Assembly: GCA_029288805.1 (NCBI GenBank)
Contig: JARIGO010000008.1
Location: 3,894-67,893, forward strand
Direction of reading: 5' to 3'
Source of the DNA: Candidatus Nomurabacteria bacterium
Lineage (GTDB): Bacteria; Patescibacteriota; Minisyncoccia; Phycocordibacterales; UBA9973
DNA length: 64,000 bases
In this document: positions 26,488-36,673 of the stretch, piece after piece
Position numbering within the stretch: the stretch's first letter is position 1
Layout: each line of letters starts with the position of its first letter
Notes under the pieces: generated by a model
What the model was told of the DNA's origin: nothing
Databases searched by the model: none
Seen by the model: only the letters and a program-made list of their open reading frames with translations
Made by a program: the position numbers and the translations under genes

Positions 26488-27348
26488 TTACTGATTTTGC
26501 CATTTGCTATAAATGCTGGTGGTGAGCAATCGCTCAGAATCCTTTTGCTGAATAGCGATCTCACCATAGGTAATGAAACCTTCAGGCAAGACATCATGAA
26601 GCAGTTCTGCAAAGGTACGGGCACTGAAGCCAGCTGCGTAGCCATTGAGAATGACGAGTTTTGCTTCTGCTGAAAGCAATTGTGGCAAAACCGCAACCAG
26701 TTCCAAAAGCTTTTCTTCAATCTTCCACACTTCCCCCTTTGGTCCGCGACCAAAGGCCGGTGGGTCCATGACAATGATTTCAAATTTCTCTTCTCGTTGC
26801 GCCAGACGCTTTGCATATTTCAACGCATCTTCTACCACTGTTCGCACTGCATCTCCAGCAAGTCCTGAAGCCTGTGCATTTTCCTTCACTGTTTCAATAG
26901 TCTGCTTTGAGGCATCAACATGCGTAACATGTATACCAGACTGAGCGGCGGCAATACTGGCAGCACCGGTGTACCCAAATAAATTCAGCATCTTCAATCC
27001 TGCATGCTTCTTGCCCACCTCCTGCAATTCTTCCCATTGACCAGCATGTTCAGGAAAGACGCCGACATGTTTAAAACCTTTAAAAGAAAGGTTTAATTTC
27101 ATATCACGCCATCGTATAACCCATTCTTCGGGCGTACCTTCTGCCAAACTCCATCGATCACCCTTATCAGCCCACAAAAACTGAGCATCGGTATTGATCC
27201 ACAGGTCAGGATTATTTTTCTTCCACAATGCCTGCGGGTCAGGCCGATCCAACAACAAGGATCCGAATTGCTCTAACTTTCTTCCATCACCAGAATCGAT
27301 GAGCCTGTACTCATCCCATCCTTGAGTTAGGAAATCATTTTTTTTCAT
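26488..27348 (-). CDS. Class I SAM-dependent methyltransferase (RlmI/RlmK-like)
   Basis: LIDSGDGRKLEQFG, GVFPE, LNLFGYTG, DAS, DPPAFG. Confidence 0.88.
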   Translation of the reverse strand: MKKNDFLTQGWDEYRLIDSGDGRKLEQFGSLLLDRPDPQALWKKNNPDLWINTDAQFLWADKGDRWSLAEGTPEEWVIRWRDMKLNLSFKGFKHVGVFPEHAGQWEELQEVGKKHAGLKMLNLFGYTGAASIAAAQSGIHVTHVDASKQTIETVKENAQASGLAGDAVRTVVEDALKYAKRLAQREEKFEIIVMDPPAFGRGPKGEVWKIEEKLLELVAVLPQLLSAEAKLVILNGYAAGFSARTFAELLHDVLPEGFITYGEIAIQQKDSERLLTTSIYSKWQNQ

Positions 27349-28234
27349 ACGCTTGTACTGCAGTGTCTATAGTTGGATAAATAAATTCAAACCCCTTATC
27401 AAGCAATCGCTTTGGTATCACACGACTGTTTTGAACAATTTCAGTATACCCTTCTCCAAGCTTTTTCTTAGCAATCCACGTAGGAATAGTTACGATCACA
27501 CGATGTTTCCAAATTGATTTCAACGTATGCAAAAAAGTACTGTTCAGCACTGGTTCAGGCGCTACAGCATTCACTATGCCCTGCAGCGTGCTTGTTTCTA
27601 ACGCAAAAATATAGACATTCACAATATCCATTTCTGAAATCCATGAGAACCAATAGTCCTTCTTACTAAGGCTTGGAATAATGCCCCAATTCGCAGACTT
27701 CTTTAATTCTGCCATTAGTCCTCCATGACCAATAACCGGTGCCGTGCGAACGCATACTACTCGCACTCCATATTCTGTAGCTTTGCGAGCGGCTGCTTCC
27801 CACTCTCCGACTACCTCAGACAAAAATCCAGAGCCATTCGCTGTTTGTTCATCTGATATTTCAGAACCCGTGTCTCCGTAAAATCCTGTAGCCGATGCGC
27901 AGATAAATACCTGTGGTCGACTCTTTGATGCAGCAATGGCAGCAACAATGGAGTCGGTGCTCTTAACGCGACTATCCATGATGCGTTTCTTATTTTCCGG
28001 TGTCCATTTTTTGCTGATAGGAAAACCGGCAAGGTTTATGATGGCGTCAGTATGTTCGAGTACGTTATACGGCAATGCCTGCTGAGTAACATCGCACTGT
28101 ATAAAAAAGAGATTTTGATGAGTAAACTGAGGCGGGTGCGTTGCAACAACAACGACAGTATGGCCTTGTCCAAGCAATCGCTTTGACAAGGCTGTGCCAA
28201 TAAAGCCACTTCCACCAACTAATACTATATTCAT
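27335..28234 (-). CDS. TIGR01777/YfcH-family NAD-dependent epimerase
   Basis: GGSGFIG, INLAG, SRV, ASATGFYG, WE, SWI, N-x-VAP, P-x-RL-x-x-x-GF. Confidence 0.88.
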   Translation of the reverse strand: MNIVLVGGSGFIGTALSKRLLGQGHTVVVVATHPPQFTHQNLFFIQCDVTQQALPYNVLEHTDAIINLAGFPISKKWTPENKKRIMDSRVKSTDSIVAAIAASKSRPQVFICASATGFYGDTGSEISDEQTANGSGFLSEVVGEWEAAARKATEYGVRVVCVRTAPVIGHGGLMAELKKSANWGIIPSLSKKDYWFSWISEMDIVNVYIFALETSTLQGIVNAVAPEPVLNSTFLHTLKSIWKHRVIVTIPTWIAKKKLGEGYTEIVQNSRVIPKRLLDKGFEFIYPTIDTAVQAYEKK

Positions 28235-28329
28235 ATAAAGACTATAGTACCACGAGTTTTTTCCTGGTCTGCGACAGACAACACAATTGCAAACTTTACA
28301 ATATCCAGACTTACGGCTAGGATAGCGCT

Positions 28330-28476
28330 ATGGACGTCGTAGAAAAAACCCTTTCATTTGCAGGAAAATTACTGCTTTTTATAGCGTTAAGCATTATTTT
28401 TATACCCTCATACCTTGTAGTGAACTATCTCCAGAAACCGTGGGCAGACATGCTCGCTGAATTGTTTAAGCTTTAA
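28330..28476 (+). CDS. Small 48-aa single-TM protein missing from the ORF track
   Basis: MDVVEKTLSFAGKLLLFIALSIIFIPSYLVVNYLQKPWADMLAELFKL; TAGGAT-N6-ATG leaderless promoter; stop overlaps the tyrS stop. Confidence 0.6.
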   Translation: MDVVEKTLSFAGKLLLFIALSIIFIPSYLVVNYLQKPWADMLAELFKL

Positions 28477-29666
28477 ACGATTCGTACGATACGACTCTTA
28501 CCTATTTTGTAGACATCACCGGTTGGGTGTTTTTTTGTTTCCTCAACAGAAATGACTGCCTTTGTTTCAAAGTTGGTAACGGCACGCGCTTCAACAAGAC
28601 GACGCAATTCTGTTTTTGATGCCACGATGTTTTCTTCCAAAAGAATTGTTTCCAATGTTCGTCCGTTGGCTTTGATTTCCGGAATGTGTTCATGTGATTC
28701 TTTTTTCTGAAATGTTTTCACAAAGGCCTGTTCTGCAAGCTGTGCACTTTTTTCATCAATACACGTTTTTACAATTTCATATGCCAATCGCATTTTGATA
28801 TCACGAGGATTAATACCATTGTTCAATTCGTCTTTTACAAATGCGATCTGATCAGGAGTGTAGTCAGTACAAAGCTCAAAGCCAGGAACGATCAATCCAT
28901 CTGTCCAACTCATAATCTTGCCATACATCTGTTCAGGACTATCAATAAGACTGATCATATTACCTTCACTCTTACCCATTTTCTTACCGTTGTTGTCTTC
29001 GAGCAATTTGGTGGTAATGACAAATTTCTCTTTATTTTTAAGCTGTTTTAGCAATGTTCGTCCTGCAAGCATGTTAAAGAGCTGATCGTTTCCTCCGACT
29101 TCACCGTCCACGTTCATAGCCACACTGTCATATCCTTGCATCAATGGGTACATGAATTCGTGAATATAGATTGGCTTCTCTTCTTCAATACGACGAGCAA
29201 ACATGTCGCGCTTAAGCATCTGGTCAACAGTCATCTGGGAAGCAAGATGCAAAACATCTGCAAACTTCATTTTGCCCAACCAGTCATTGTTGAATTTCAC
29301 CACGGCTGCGTTCTTACCGGTAAAGCGAATGAACTTACCTGCCTGTTTTTTATACAGTTTCAAGTTTGTCTTAATTTCCTTTTCAGTCAGCTGTTTTCGA
29401 GCAGAGGTCTTGTCTGTTGGGTCGCCAATGCGAGCGGTGAAGTCACCGATAAGAAAGATAACTTTGTGACCGAGGTCTTGAAAGTGTCGAAGCTTACGGA
29501 TCTGGATAGTGTGCCCAATGTGAAGCGTTGGAGCAGTAGGATCAAAGCCGGCATAAATCGTCAGTTTCCTTCCTGAAGCCAATTCTTTTTCCAAGAACCC
29601 TCTGCTTGGCAAAATGTCTGCCACACCCTTATTTAATAAGACATCAATCAGTTCAGTTTTTTCCAT
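28473..29666 (-). CDS. tyrS: Tyrosine--tRNA ligase
   Basis: GFDPTAPTLHIGH, YPLMQGYD, GGNDQ, KMGKS. Confidence 0.97.
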   Translation of the reverse strand: MEKTELIDVLLNKGVADILPSRGFLEKELASGRKLTIYAGFDPTAPTLHIGHTIQIRKLRHFQDLGHKVIFLIGDFTARIGDPTDKTSARKQLTEKEIKTNLKLYKKQAGKFIRFTGKNAAVVKFNNDWLGKMKFADVLHLASQMTVDQMLKRDMFARRIEEEKPIYIHEFMYPLMQGYDSVAMNVDGEVGGNDQLFNMLAGRTLLKQLKNKEKFVITTKLLEDNNGKKMGKSEGNMISLIDSPEQMYGKIMSWTDGLIVPGFELCTDYTPDQIAFVKDELNNGINPRDIKMRLAYEIVKTCIDEKSAQLAEQAFVKTFQKKESHEHIPEIKANGRTLETILLEENIVASKTELRRLVEARAVTNFETKAVISVEETKKHPTGDVYKIGKSRIVRIV

Positions 29667-29697
29667 AGAAGCAGTGTACCATGCTATGATAATGAGT

Positions 29698-32199
29698 ATG
29701 CAAGATCACAAAAAACGTTCATTTCCTTGGAAAAAAGTCCTTTTAGGCCTCCTCGCACTGTTCTTCTTATTTGTAGGCGCAGTTCTAGTGTGGGCTAGCT
29801 TTATCAAGCTTCCTGACATCTCAACATTTGAGGCTCGCCAGATATCAAACTCTTCAAAAATTACCGACCGTACGGGCCAAATAGTGCTTTATGACGCCCA
29901 TCAGTCTGTAAAACGAACACAGATTCCTTTGGATCAAATGGGATACCCTGTGCAAAAGGCAGTCATTTCTATTGAAGATCAGGACTTCTACAACAATGAC
30001 GGTATCAGACCGACCTCAATCATCCGTGCCATGCTCATCAACCTGACACATGCCAGCTATGTTCAGGGTGGCTCAACCATTACTCAACAAATCATCAAGA
30101 ATACTTTGCTGAATGGTGACAAATCAATCACTCGAAAGTTAAAAGAATGGGTTCTTGCTATTCGCCTTACCCGTCAGTTTAGTAAAAACCAAATCCTGGA
30201 AATCTATCTTAACGATGCTCCGCTTGGAGGAACGGTCTATGGTGTGGAAGCAGCATCAGAGGCATATTTCAATATTCCTGCCAGCCAAATGGACTATGCT
30301 CAAGCAGCATATCTTGCAGCCATGCTCCCTGCCCCAACATATTATTCACCATTTGGTCTGAACAAGGCCGCTTTGGACACTCGAAAAAATCTCGTGCTTT
30401 CAAAAATGAAGCAGTATGGATATATCACTGAAGCAGAATACACGGCAGCAAAAAATGAAACCGTGACGTTCAACAGTGCGGCCAACACCGGTATCAAGGC
30501 TCCTCACTTTGTCTTTTATATCCTGCAGCAGCTTGAACAAAAATACGGAAAGGATGCTATTGATAATGGAGGCTATACCATCAAAACAACATTGGACTAT
30601 GATTTGCAGCAAAAAGCAGAACAGATTGTTGCTCAGCAAACTGTTCTTAATGAAAAGGCATACAACGATTCAAACCAAGGGTTAGTGGCCATTGACCCTA
30701 CTACAGGACAAATCCTTGCCATGGTTGGTTCAAAAAACTATTTTGCTACTGATATAGATGGCGCATATAACGTTGCTACAGCACAAAGACAACCGGGTTC
30801 ATCATTTAAGCCATTCGTATACGCTACTGCATTTGCTGACGGGTATACTCCAGACACTGTACTATTCGACGTACCAACAGAATTCTCTACGAATTGTAGT
30901 GCGGATGAACAACCACTTCCAGGCTTTACACAAAAAGACTGTTACCACCCTTCAAACTTCGATAATAAATTTGAAGGTCCACTTAGCCTACGATCCTCTC
31001 TTGCTGAGTCACGTGACGTAACGGCTGTGAAACTTTTATATCTCGTTGGCATTCCAAACACTATTGCTACTGCTCACGCTATGGGAATTACCACCCTTAA
31101 TGATCCAAATGCATATGGTTTGTCATTGGTGCTCGGTGGAGGCGAAGTAACATTACTTGATATCACTAGTGCGTACGGAGTCTTTGCAAACAGCGGCATC
31201 CGCAATCCAGCAACCGGTATCTTGGAAGTTGATGACCATGACGGAAACGTCCTTGAACAATACCAACCTAATCCTATGCAGGTATTAGATAAGAATGTTG
31301 CCCTGACTATGAACAATGTTCTAAGTGATGCACAGGCTCGTATTCCAACCTTTGGTACGACACTTATCACTATTCCTGGTGTTGCGGTTAAGACCGGTAC
31401 TACAAACAATGACCGTGACGCCTGGACTGTTGGATACACTCCTGAAATATCTGTAGGTGTTTGGTCTGGAAACAATGACAATACTCCGATGAAGAACGGT
31501 GGGTCTGCCATCTCAGGTCCGACATGGAAAATGTTCATGCAATATGCCATTACAAAATATCCTCAGACACAGTTCGAAGATCCAACTCCAGACCCCGATG
31601 CTGCAACATTGAAACCAATTCTTCGCGGTGTATGGCAAGGCAATGAAACAGTAAATGTGGATAAGGTAACAGGTCTTCGAGCAACCGACAGTACTCCCGC
31701 TGATGCCATTGTTCAAAAAGTCATTACTGACGTTCACGACATCTTGTATTGGGTTGATAAGAGCGACCCACGAGGGCCAGTACCTACCAATCCAGGCAAG
31801 GATCCTGAATACAAACTATGGGAACCTCCTGTAGAGTCATGGTGGGCAGCAAATGCAAGCAAATACGGCATTACCACTGCCGCTGATATACCAGCAGGAA
31901 CAGACAGCAGTACTAGCAGTACAGTTGTCGGCTCCCCATTGTCACTCAGTGGTATATCAGACACTATGAATCTTACTGACAATGCAGATATAGCGGTGAC
32001 CACAACAGGGCAATACCCTCTTAGCAGCGTTGATGTGTTAATTGATAACAACTATATCGCTACGCTTCCTGATCCATTTCATTTTGTATTCACCCCTGCT
32101 GACTATGGTCTTACTGCTGGTACTCACACTATTACCTTCAACGCCACAAATAGCGTGTACGCAAAAAGTACTATTCAAAAAACCATTACCTTTCAGTAA
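29698..32199 (+). CDS. Class A penicillin-binding protein (PBP1A family) with C-terminal Ig-like domain
   Basis: TM; EDQDF, GGSTITQQ, RKLKE transglycosylase; SSFK, S-x-D, KTGT transpeptidase. Confidence 0.93.
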   Translation: MQDHKKRSFPWKKVLLGLLALFFLFVGAVLVWASFIKLPDISTFEARQISNSSKITDRTGQIVLYDAHQSVKRTQIPLDQMGYPVQKAVISIEDQDFYNNDGIRPTSIIRAMLINLTHASYVQGGSTITQQIIKNTLLNGDKSITRKLKEWVLAIRLTRQFSKNQILEIYLNDAPLGGTVYGVEAASEAYFNIPASQMDYAQAAYLAAMLPAPTYYSPFGLNKAALDTRKNLVLSKMKQYGYITEAEYTAAKNETVTFNSAANTGIKAPHFVFYILQQLEQKYGKDAIDNGGYTIKTTLDYDLQQKAEQIVAQQTVLNEKAYNDSNQGLVAIDPTTGQILAMVGSKNYFATDIDGAYNVATAQRQPGSSFKPFVYATAFADGYTPDTVLFDVPTEFSTNCSADEQPLPGFTQKDCYHPSNFDNKFEGPLSLRSSLAESRDVTAVKLLYLVGIPNTIATAHAMGITTLNDPNAYGLSLVLGGGEVTLLDITSAYGVFANSGIRNPATGILEVDDHDGNVLEQYQPNPMQVLDKNVALTMNNVLSDAQARIPTFGTTLITIPGVAVKTGTTNNDRDAWTVGYTPEISVGVWSGNNDNTPMKNGGSAISGPTWKMFMQYAITKYPQTQFEDPTPDPDAATLKPILRGVWQGNETVNVDKVTGLRATDSTPADAIVQKVITDVHDILYWVDKSDPRGPVPTNPGKDPEYKLWEPPVESWWAANASKYGITTAADIPAGTDSSTSSTVVGSPLSLSGISDTMNLTDNADIAVTTTGQYPLSSVDVLIDNNYIATLPDPFHFVFTPADYGLTAGTHTITFNATNSVYAKSTIQKTITFQ

Positions 32200-32202
32200 T
32201 GA

Positions 32203-32454
32203 TCATTGAATAGTCTGTATATTAAATCCTTCAGCTTGTAACTGCTGGAGGATTTTTTGTTTCTGCAGTGTAATAGCCATTTTAAGCGTAGGAGCAGCTT
32301 TAATGCGCAGTACTGTATCTTTCACGGTAAGCTGATCAGGATTGATCGTAGTGCGCACTACATCGCTTATAATGCGTGCCATAGTTTCATTACTTGTACT
32401 TTCTTTGGCAATCTTATCCTGTAACTGCGAAAGAATAGTATGAAACAGTGACAT
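32203..32454 (-). CDS. Small hypothetical protein, possibly DciA/DUF721-like
   Basis: Directly downstream of dnaN; LRIKAAPTLKMAITLQKQKILQQL resembles the DciA KH-like pattern. Confidence 0.5.
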   Translation of the reverse strand: MSLFHTILSQLQDKIAKESTSNETMARIISDVVRTTINPDQLTVKDTVLRIKAAPTLKMAITLQKQKILQQLQAEGFNIQTIQ

Positions 32455-32455
32455 A

Positions 32456-33553
32456 TTAGCGGTTGGTTGGCATTAGGAGATAGAGGAAGGAAGTATCACT
32501 GACGCTCTTAACCACGATTGGCTTATTGGGCTGTGTAAATGAGATTACGACACTATCGCCTGACAAAGCCTGAAAGACATCAAGAAAATACTTAAGGTTA
32601 AAATCAACTTCAATAGGACTGCCTTCAATTGCGGCAGAAACTTCTGAAATAGATGAACCGACATCACTGTTTTTTGAACTCAATGTAATGTGTTTTTTGT
32701 CTTCAGGAATTGCAAATGATACTTGGAAAAATTTGTCTGCAAAAATGGTAGAGAGTCGAAGCGTATTGAGGAGTTCCTGTTTCAAAAGCACAACCTTTGT
32801 CAGTGTTTCCTTGGGAATAATAAGCTGATATGGCGGAAATCCACCGTCAATCAATCGGGATGTGAGATACAAACCATTTGCAATAAATGCAATCTGATTA
32901 CGGCTATAGATAATACGAATAGTTTCAGGAGCAGTGTCGAGTACTCGCAAGATATCGGCAATATTCTTAAAAGGAATCAATATCTTTGAAATTTCCGGAA
33001 TGCCCTTAACACTGATTTTCTTTTCCGCTAGACGAAATGAGTCTGTAGCGACAAATACCAAGGTGTTTTCTTCTGTGTACATAAAGATACTAGCAATTTC
33101 AGGCTTAATATCAGTGACAGCAGCACAGAAATAAACGGAACGAATGCCTTCTTGTAAAACACTGGTCTTTATTTCGATCTGTTCCCCATCGACTACTGGT
33201 AACGTAGGGAATTCATCCGGCGGCAAGCATTTGATAACTGTAGTGTTGTGAGCACTTTCAATAGTGAGGTTGTCGTGACTAAGTGAAAGTCGCACCTCAC
33301 TTGCATCACTAAGATGGTTACAAACATTCGCTAGTATTTCCCCCTTCACCAAAACCAATCCTTCAGCTTCAATCTTTGCTGGAATTTCTATTTCTATTCC
33401 TAGAGTAAGATTGGTAGCGCGAATCTTAAGACTATTTCCTGTAGCAGTTAACAGCAATGCGTGCAGTGTCGGAAGTGTAAGAGCTTTCCCTGTCATTCTC
33501 TCGGCTAGTCCGACTGCGTTTTTCAACTTTTCTGTTGTACATACTATATTCAT
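32456..33553 (-). CDS. dnaN: DNA polymerase III beta clamp
   Basis: ATNL, DEFPTLP, VATDSFRLA, SRLIDGGFP, FNLKYFLD, LLMP. Confidence 0.96.
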   Translation of the reverse strand: MNIVCTTEKLKNAVGLAERMTGKALTLPTLHALLLTATGNSLKIRATNLTLGIEIEIPAKIEAEGLVLVKGEILANVCNHLSDASEVRLSLSHDNLTIESAHNTTVIKCLPPDEFPTLPVVDGEQIEIKTSVLQEGIRSVYFCAAVTDIKPEIASIFMYTEENTLVFVATDSFRLAEKKISVKGIPEISKILIPFKNIADILRVLDTAPETIRIIYSRNQIAFIANGLYLTSRLIDGGFPPYQLIIPKETLTKVVLLKQELLNTLRLSTIFADKFFQVSFAIPEDKKHITLSSKNSDVGSSISEVSAAIEGSPIEVDFNLKYFLDVFQALSGDSVVISFTQPNKPIVVKSVSDTSFLYLLMPTNR

Positions 33554-33740
33554 AATTTTTTATTCTTTAATTAGTAATCCTATATATAGGCTGTGGATTG
33601 TGGATAAGTTGGTAGTTTCCTTTATTTGTAATTTATTTTTAGTATCTCCACTGTGGATTGCCTGTACCGTTTGTGCAAGATTTTTATTGAAAGAATTTTT
33701 AGTAAAAGTTTTCATATACTTATCCTTGGTTTTTCCACAA
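33554..33740. other. Putative oriC (dnaA-dnaN intergenic)
   Basis: Perfect DnaA box TGTGGATAA 33599-33607; near boxes TGTGGATTG 33592 and 33652, TTTTCCACA 33731; AT-rich stretch 33554-33585. Confidence 0.8.
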
Positions 33741-35105
33741 TTATTTAAACATAATGCGGATATCCTCCAGTTCTTTCATGAGGTGAGGGTCGGTTCCTAG
33801 TTCCCCTTTTATTTTTTCATAGGAGTGAATAACTGTCGTATGGTCCTTTCCTCCTAACTTTGCACCAATAGACGGGTATGACTCGTTAAAGTCTTCACGA
33901 AGAACGAACATAATGATCTGGCGAGCTCGAACAATTTCCTTTCGTCGAGTTTTTTCGTAAATCACCTCTTCGTTAAGGTTGTAGTATTCAGAAACAATCT
34001 TTACTACAGAATCAATAGAGATAACCTTCTTCGGCTTAACGTTGTTTTTGATAAGCACCTTTATGTCAGCAAGGCTGATGGACTTCTGACGCATGCCTGA
34101 ATGCATGTTTATAAGGTTTAGAATGCCTTCTAGTTCTCGAATACTACCTGTAACAGATGATGCAATATAAAAAAGTACGTCTGGTTCTATTGGAAACGCC
34201 AACTGACCACTCTTTTCCTTGATAATAGCCATGCGTGATTCCATGTCAGGCTCTTGAACATCAATAGTCATACCGGCATTGAAGCGAGTCTTTAGGCGGT
34301 CTTCTAGACCAACGATGTGATTAGGGTGTTTATCTGATGAAAATACAATGTTTTTTCCTTGGTCGTACAGGTTGTTGAAGGTATGGAACAATGCATCCTG
34401 CGTACCCTGCTTTCCTGATATGAATTGAATATCATCCATAATAAGAACATCAAACTTGCGATACTTATCCTGGAACAATTGTTGTCTATTGTTTTGAACG
34501 GAAGACACATATTCGTTCATAAATTTCTCAAGACTGGTGTATAGCACTCGTTTTTCTGGATACATGCGCTTTATTTCATTACCAATAGCTTGTATAAGGT
34601 GTGTCTTACCAAGGCCACTTGCACCATAAATAAATAGAGGGTTATATGCGTTCTGAGGACGCTTTACCACTGATTGTGCAGCAGCATATGCAAGCTCGTT
34701 AAAGGGACCAACTACGAAACGATCAAAGGTGTATCGCGGATTGAGGTTGTCGTCTCTATTTATATAAACGTCTTGCAATGGAAGACCTGATGATTGGTCT
34801 GAAGTAGTGCTAAATAGAGTATCAACAGTAGTAGGTGCTGCTGCAGGGGTAGGAAGGCTGGTGATGACGTACTCGACGGCACGGATATGGTTGGCATTAT
34901 CAACAATGCTCTTAAGAATTATTTTATTGAACTTTGTCATCAACCATTCACGAACGAATTCATTCGGTACGCCGATGTAAATAACCCCCTCTTCTTCCTT
35001 GATGATGCCTGTGTTTCTAAACCACGTAGTAAAAGTAGCCTTTGTGAGCTGTGATTCAATCACGCCCAGACAAGTATTCCAAAGTTGAGTGAGGTTGCTT
35101 TCCAT
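33741..35105 (-). CDS. dnaA: Chromosomal replication initiator DnaA
   Basis: LNPRYTFDRFVVG, YNPLFIYGASGLGKTHL, DDIQF, RELEG, GGKDHTTVIH. Confidence 0.98.
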   Translation of the reverse strand: MESNLTQLWNTCLGVIESQLTKATFTTWFRNTGIIKEEEGVIYIGVPNEFVREWLMTKFNKIILKSIVDNANHIRAVEYVITSLPTPAAAPTTVDTLFSTTSDQSSGLPLQDVYINRDDNLNPRYTFDRFVVGPFNELAYAAAQSVVKRPQNAYNPLFIYGASGLGKTHLIQAIGNEIKRMYPEKRVLYTSLEKFMNEYVSSVQNNRQQLFQDKYRKFDVLIMDDIQFISGKQGTQDALFHTFNNLYDQGKNIVFSSDKHPNHIVGLEDRLKTRFNAGMTIDVQEPDMESRMAIIKEKSGQLAFPIEPDVLFYIASSVTGSIRELEGILNLINMHSGMRQKSISLADIKVLIKNNVKPKKVISIDSVVKIVSEYYNLNEEVIYEKTRRKEIVRARQIIMFVLREDFNESYPSIGAKLGGKDHTTVIHSYEKIKGELGTDPHLMKELEDIRIMFK

Positions 35106-35124
35106 TAGTTACATCATACAGACT

Positions 35125-35152
35125 TTTTCCACTCTAGTGAAAATGTGGAAAA
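35125..35152. promoter_or_regulatory. Degenerate DnaA boxes upstream of dnaA
   Basis: TTTTCCACT 35125-35133 and TGTGGAAAA 35144-35152, inverted pair. Confidence 0.6.
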
Positions 35153-35239
35153 GGTGTGAATTGAGTGGATTATACCAGATCCTGGGATAAAAAAAGATAC
35201 TTGATTAATTCGGTTTCATTGTGTATAGTACCTCCTACT

Positions 35240-35377
35240 ATGTCACAGACCTATCAGCCAAAGAAGAAGAAACGAGCAACAACACACGGATTTCTAGTTC
35301 GCAGTGCTAGTGCTACAGGCCGAAAAGTATTGCTCGCTCGCCGCCGTAAAGGTCGCGCAAAGCTTACTACTGTATAG
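35240..35377 (+). CDS. rpmH: 50S ribosomal protein L34
   Basis: [21 protein letters not shown]...[13 protein letters not shown]. Confidence 0.96.
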   Translation: MSQTYQPKKKKRATTHGFLVRSASATGRKVLLARRRKGRAKLTTV

Positions 35378-35380
35378 CCT

Positions 35381-35704
35381 ATGTTGCCGTCAAAACAACG
35401 GCTCTCCCGTCAACAAGTTACCGATCTTCTTAAAAACCCTGAAATAAAGGTTGTTTTTAATCGTATCGGTACCTTAAAGTATGTAAAAAACCTTGAAAAT
35501 AAAAGGTTTACTGTCGTAACCTCCTCAAAAAATCAAAAAAAGGCTGTTTTGCGCAATAAAGTCCGTCGCCAGCTCTACTCCTTGGTACCTCAAGGTGAAA
35601 ATCCTTCATTTATAGGCATATTTTACGTATCAAAAGGTATATATAATATGTCATTTATTGATATAAAGCGTTATTTTCATGAGCTTTTACAAAAAATCGC
35701 TTAA
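35381..35704 (+). CDS. rnpA: Ribonuclease P protein component
   Basis: MLPSKQRL, KKAVLRNKVRR (RNR-like); canonical position after rpmH. Confidence 0.85.
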   Translation: MLPSKQRLSRQQVTDLLKNPEIKVVFNRIGTLKYVKNLENKRFTVVTSSKNQKKAVLRNKVRRQLYSLVPQGENPSFIGIFYVSKGIYNMSFIDIKRYFHELLQKIA

Positions 35705-35930
35705 ATATATACAAAAAATCCCCGCATATATAGCGTTAGGGATTATTTGGCTCTATAAAACCTTTATTTCCCCATTTTATACACGTCATCACTGTATTTT
35801 TTATCCTACCTGTTCTCAATATGCCCGAGAATGCTTTGAGAAATACTCATTTTTTACAGCATTTCGTAAATCCATCAATAGAATTAGCCGTTGCCATCCC
35901 GGAAATGATCCTCAAGTCGACTTACCGTAG
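35679..35930 (+). CDS. yidD: Membrane protein insertion efficiency factor
   Basis: YKTFISP, CIFYPTCSQY, RISRCHP. Confidence 0.92.
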   Translation: MSFYKKSLKYIQKIPAYIALGIIWLYKTFISPFYTRHHCIFYPTCSQYARECFEKYSFFTAFRKSINRISRCHPGNDPQVDLP

Positions 35931-35959
35931 CCCTGCTTATTCGTGTTACAATACCATCC

Positions 35960-36673
35960 ATGATTACCCTTTGGAATATAATTATTTACCAGCCTATCTA
36001 CAACGCACTTATCTTTATTGCTCAGCATGTTACTGGTAAAGATGTCGGCTTGGCCGTTATAGTCCTTACTATCGTTATTCGTCTCATTCTCTTCCCTCTC
36101 AGTAAGAAAAGTATTGTTGGCCAGTACAAAATGAAGGCATTGGAACCAAAACTCCAAGCGCTCAAAAACAAAGGACTTTCCAAAGAAGAAGAGGCTCAGG
36201 CCACCTTTGCGTTGTATAAGGAATATAAAATAAACCCTTTTTCAGGTTGCTTGTATATCATTATCCAACTCCCTATTCTTCTTGCCCTCTCTCTCTGTTT
36301 TACTCACGGCGTCAGCCAGCCAACTCATCTCTATCATTTCTTGAGCACAGACGGTCTTAAGAGTACTTTCCTTGGCGTTGTTAACATTACCAAACCATTC
36401 TTCTGGTTTGCATTGCTTGCTGGTATTACACAGGCTATTCAGGCCTTTCTTGCCCCACAGCCTATTCCTGCCGGAAGTTCAAATGACACAAACATGCAGA
36501 CACAATTGGCGAAAAGTCTTTCTGTTCAGACCAAGTACATCCTCCCTGTCATTATCGTTATTATCGCCTCTCGCTTGGCTTCAGCGGTTTCTATCTATTG
36601 GGCAATGGCAAACATCTTCTCTATTCTCCAGGAATTATATTTGCGCAAAACAGTACGAAGCAAATTGGCTTAG
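35960..36673 (+). CDS. yidC: YidC/Oxa1 membrane insertase (short monoderm type)
   Basis: GLAVIVLTIVIRLILFPL, LYKEYKINPFSGCL..IIQLPI, IYW. Confidence 0.93.
   Translation: MITLWNIIIYQPIYNALIFIAQHVTGKDVGLAVIVLTIVIRLILFPLSKKSIVGQYKMKALEPKLQALKNKGLSKEEEAQATFALYKEYKINPFSGCLYIIIQLPILLALSLCFTHGVSQPTHLYHFLSTDGLKSTFLGVVNITKPFFWFALLAGITQAIQAFLAPQPIPAGSSNDTNMQTQLAKSLSVQTKYILPVIIVIIASRLASAVSIYWAMANIFSILQELYLRKTVRSKLA

Noticed and set aside
31656-31664. Perfect DnaA box inside the PBP gene
   Set aside because: Single coding-region 9-mer, can arise by chance
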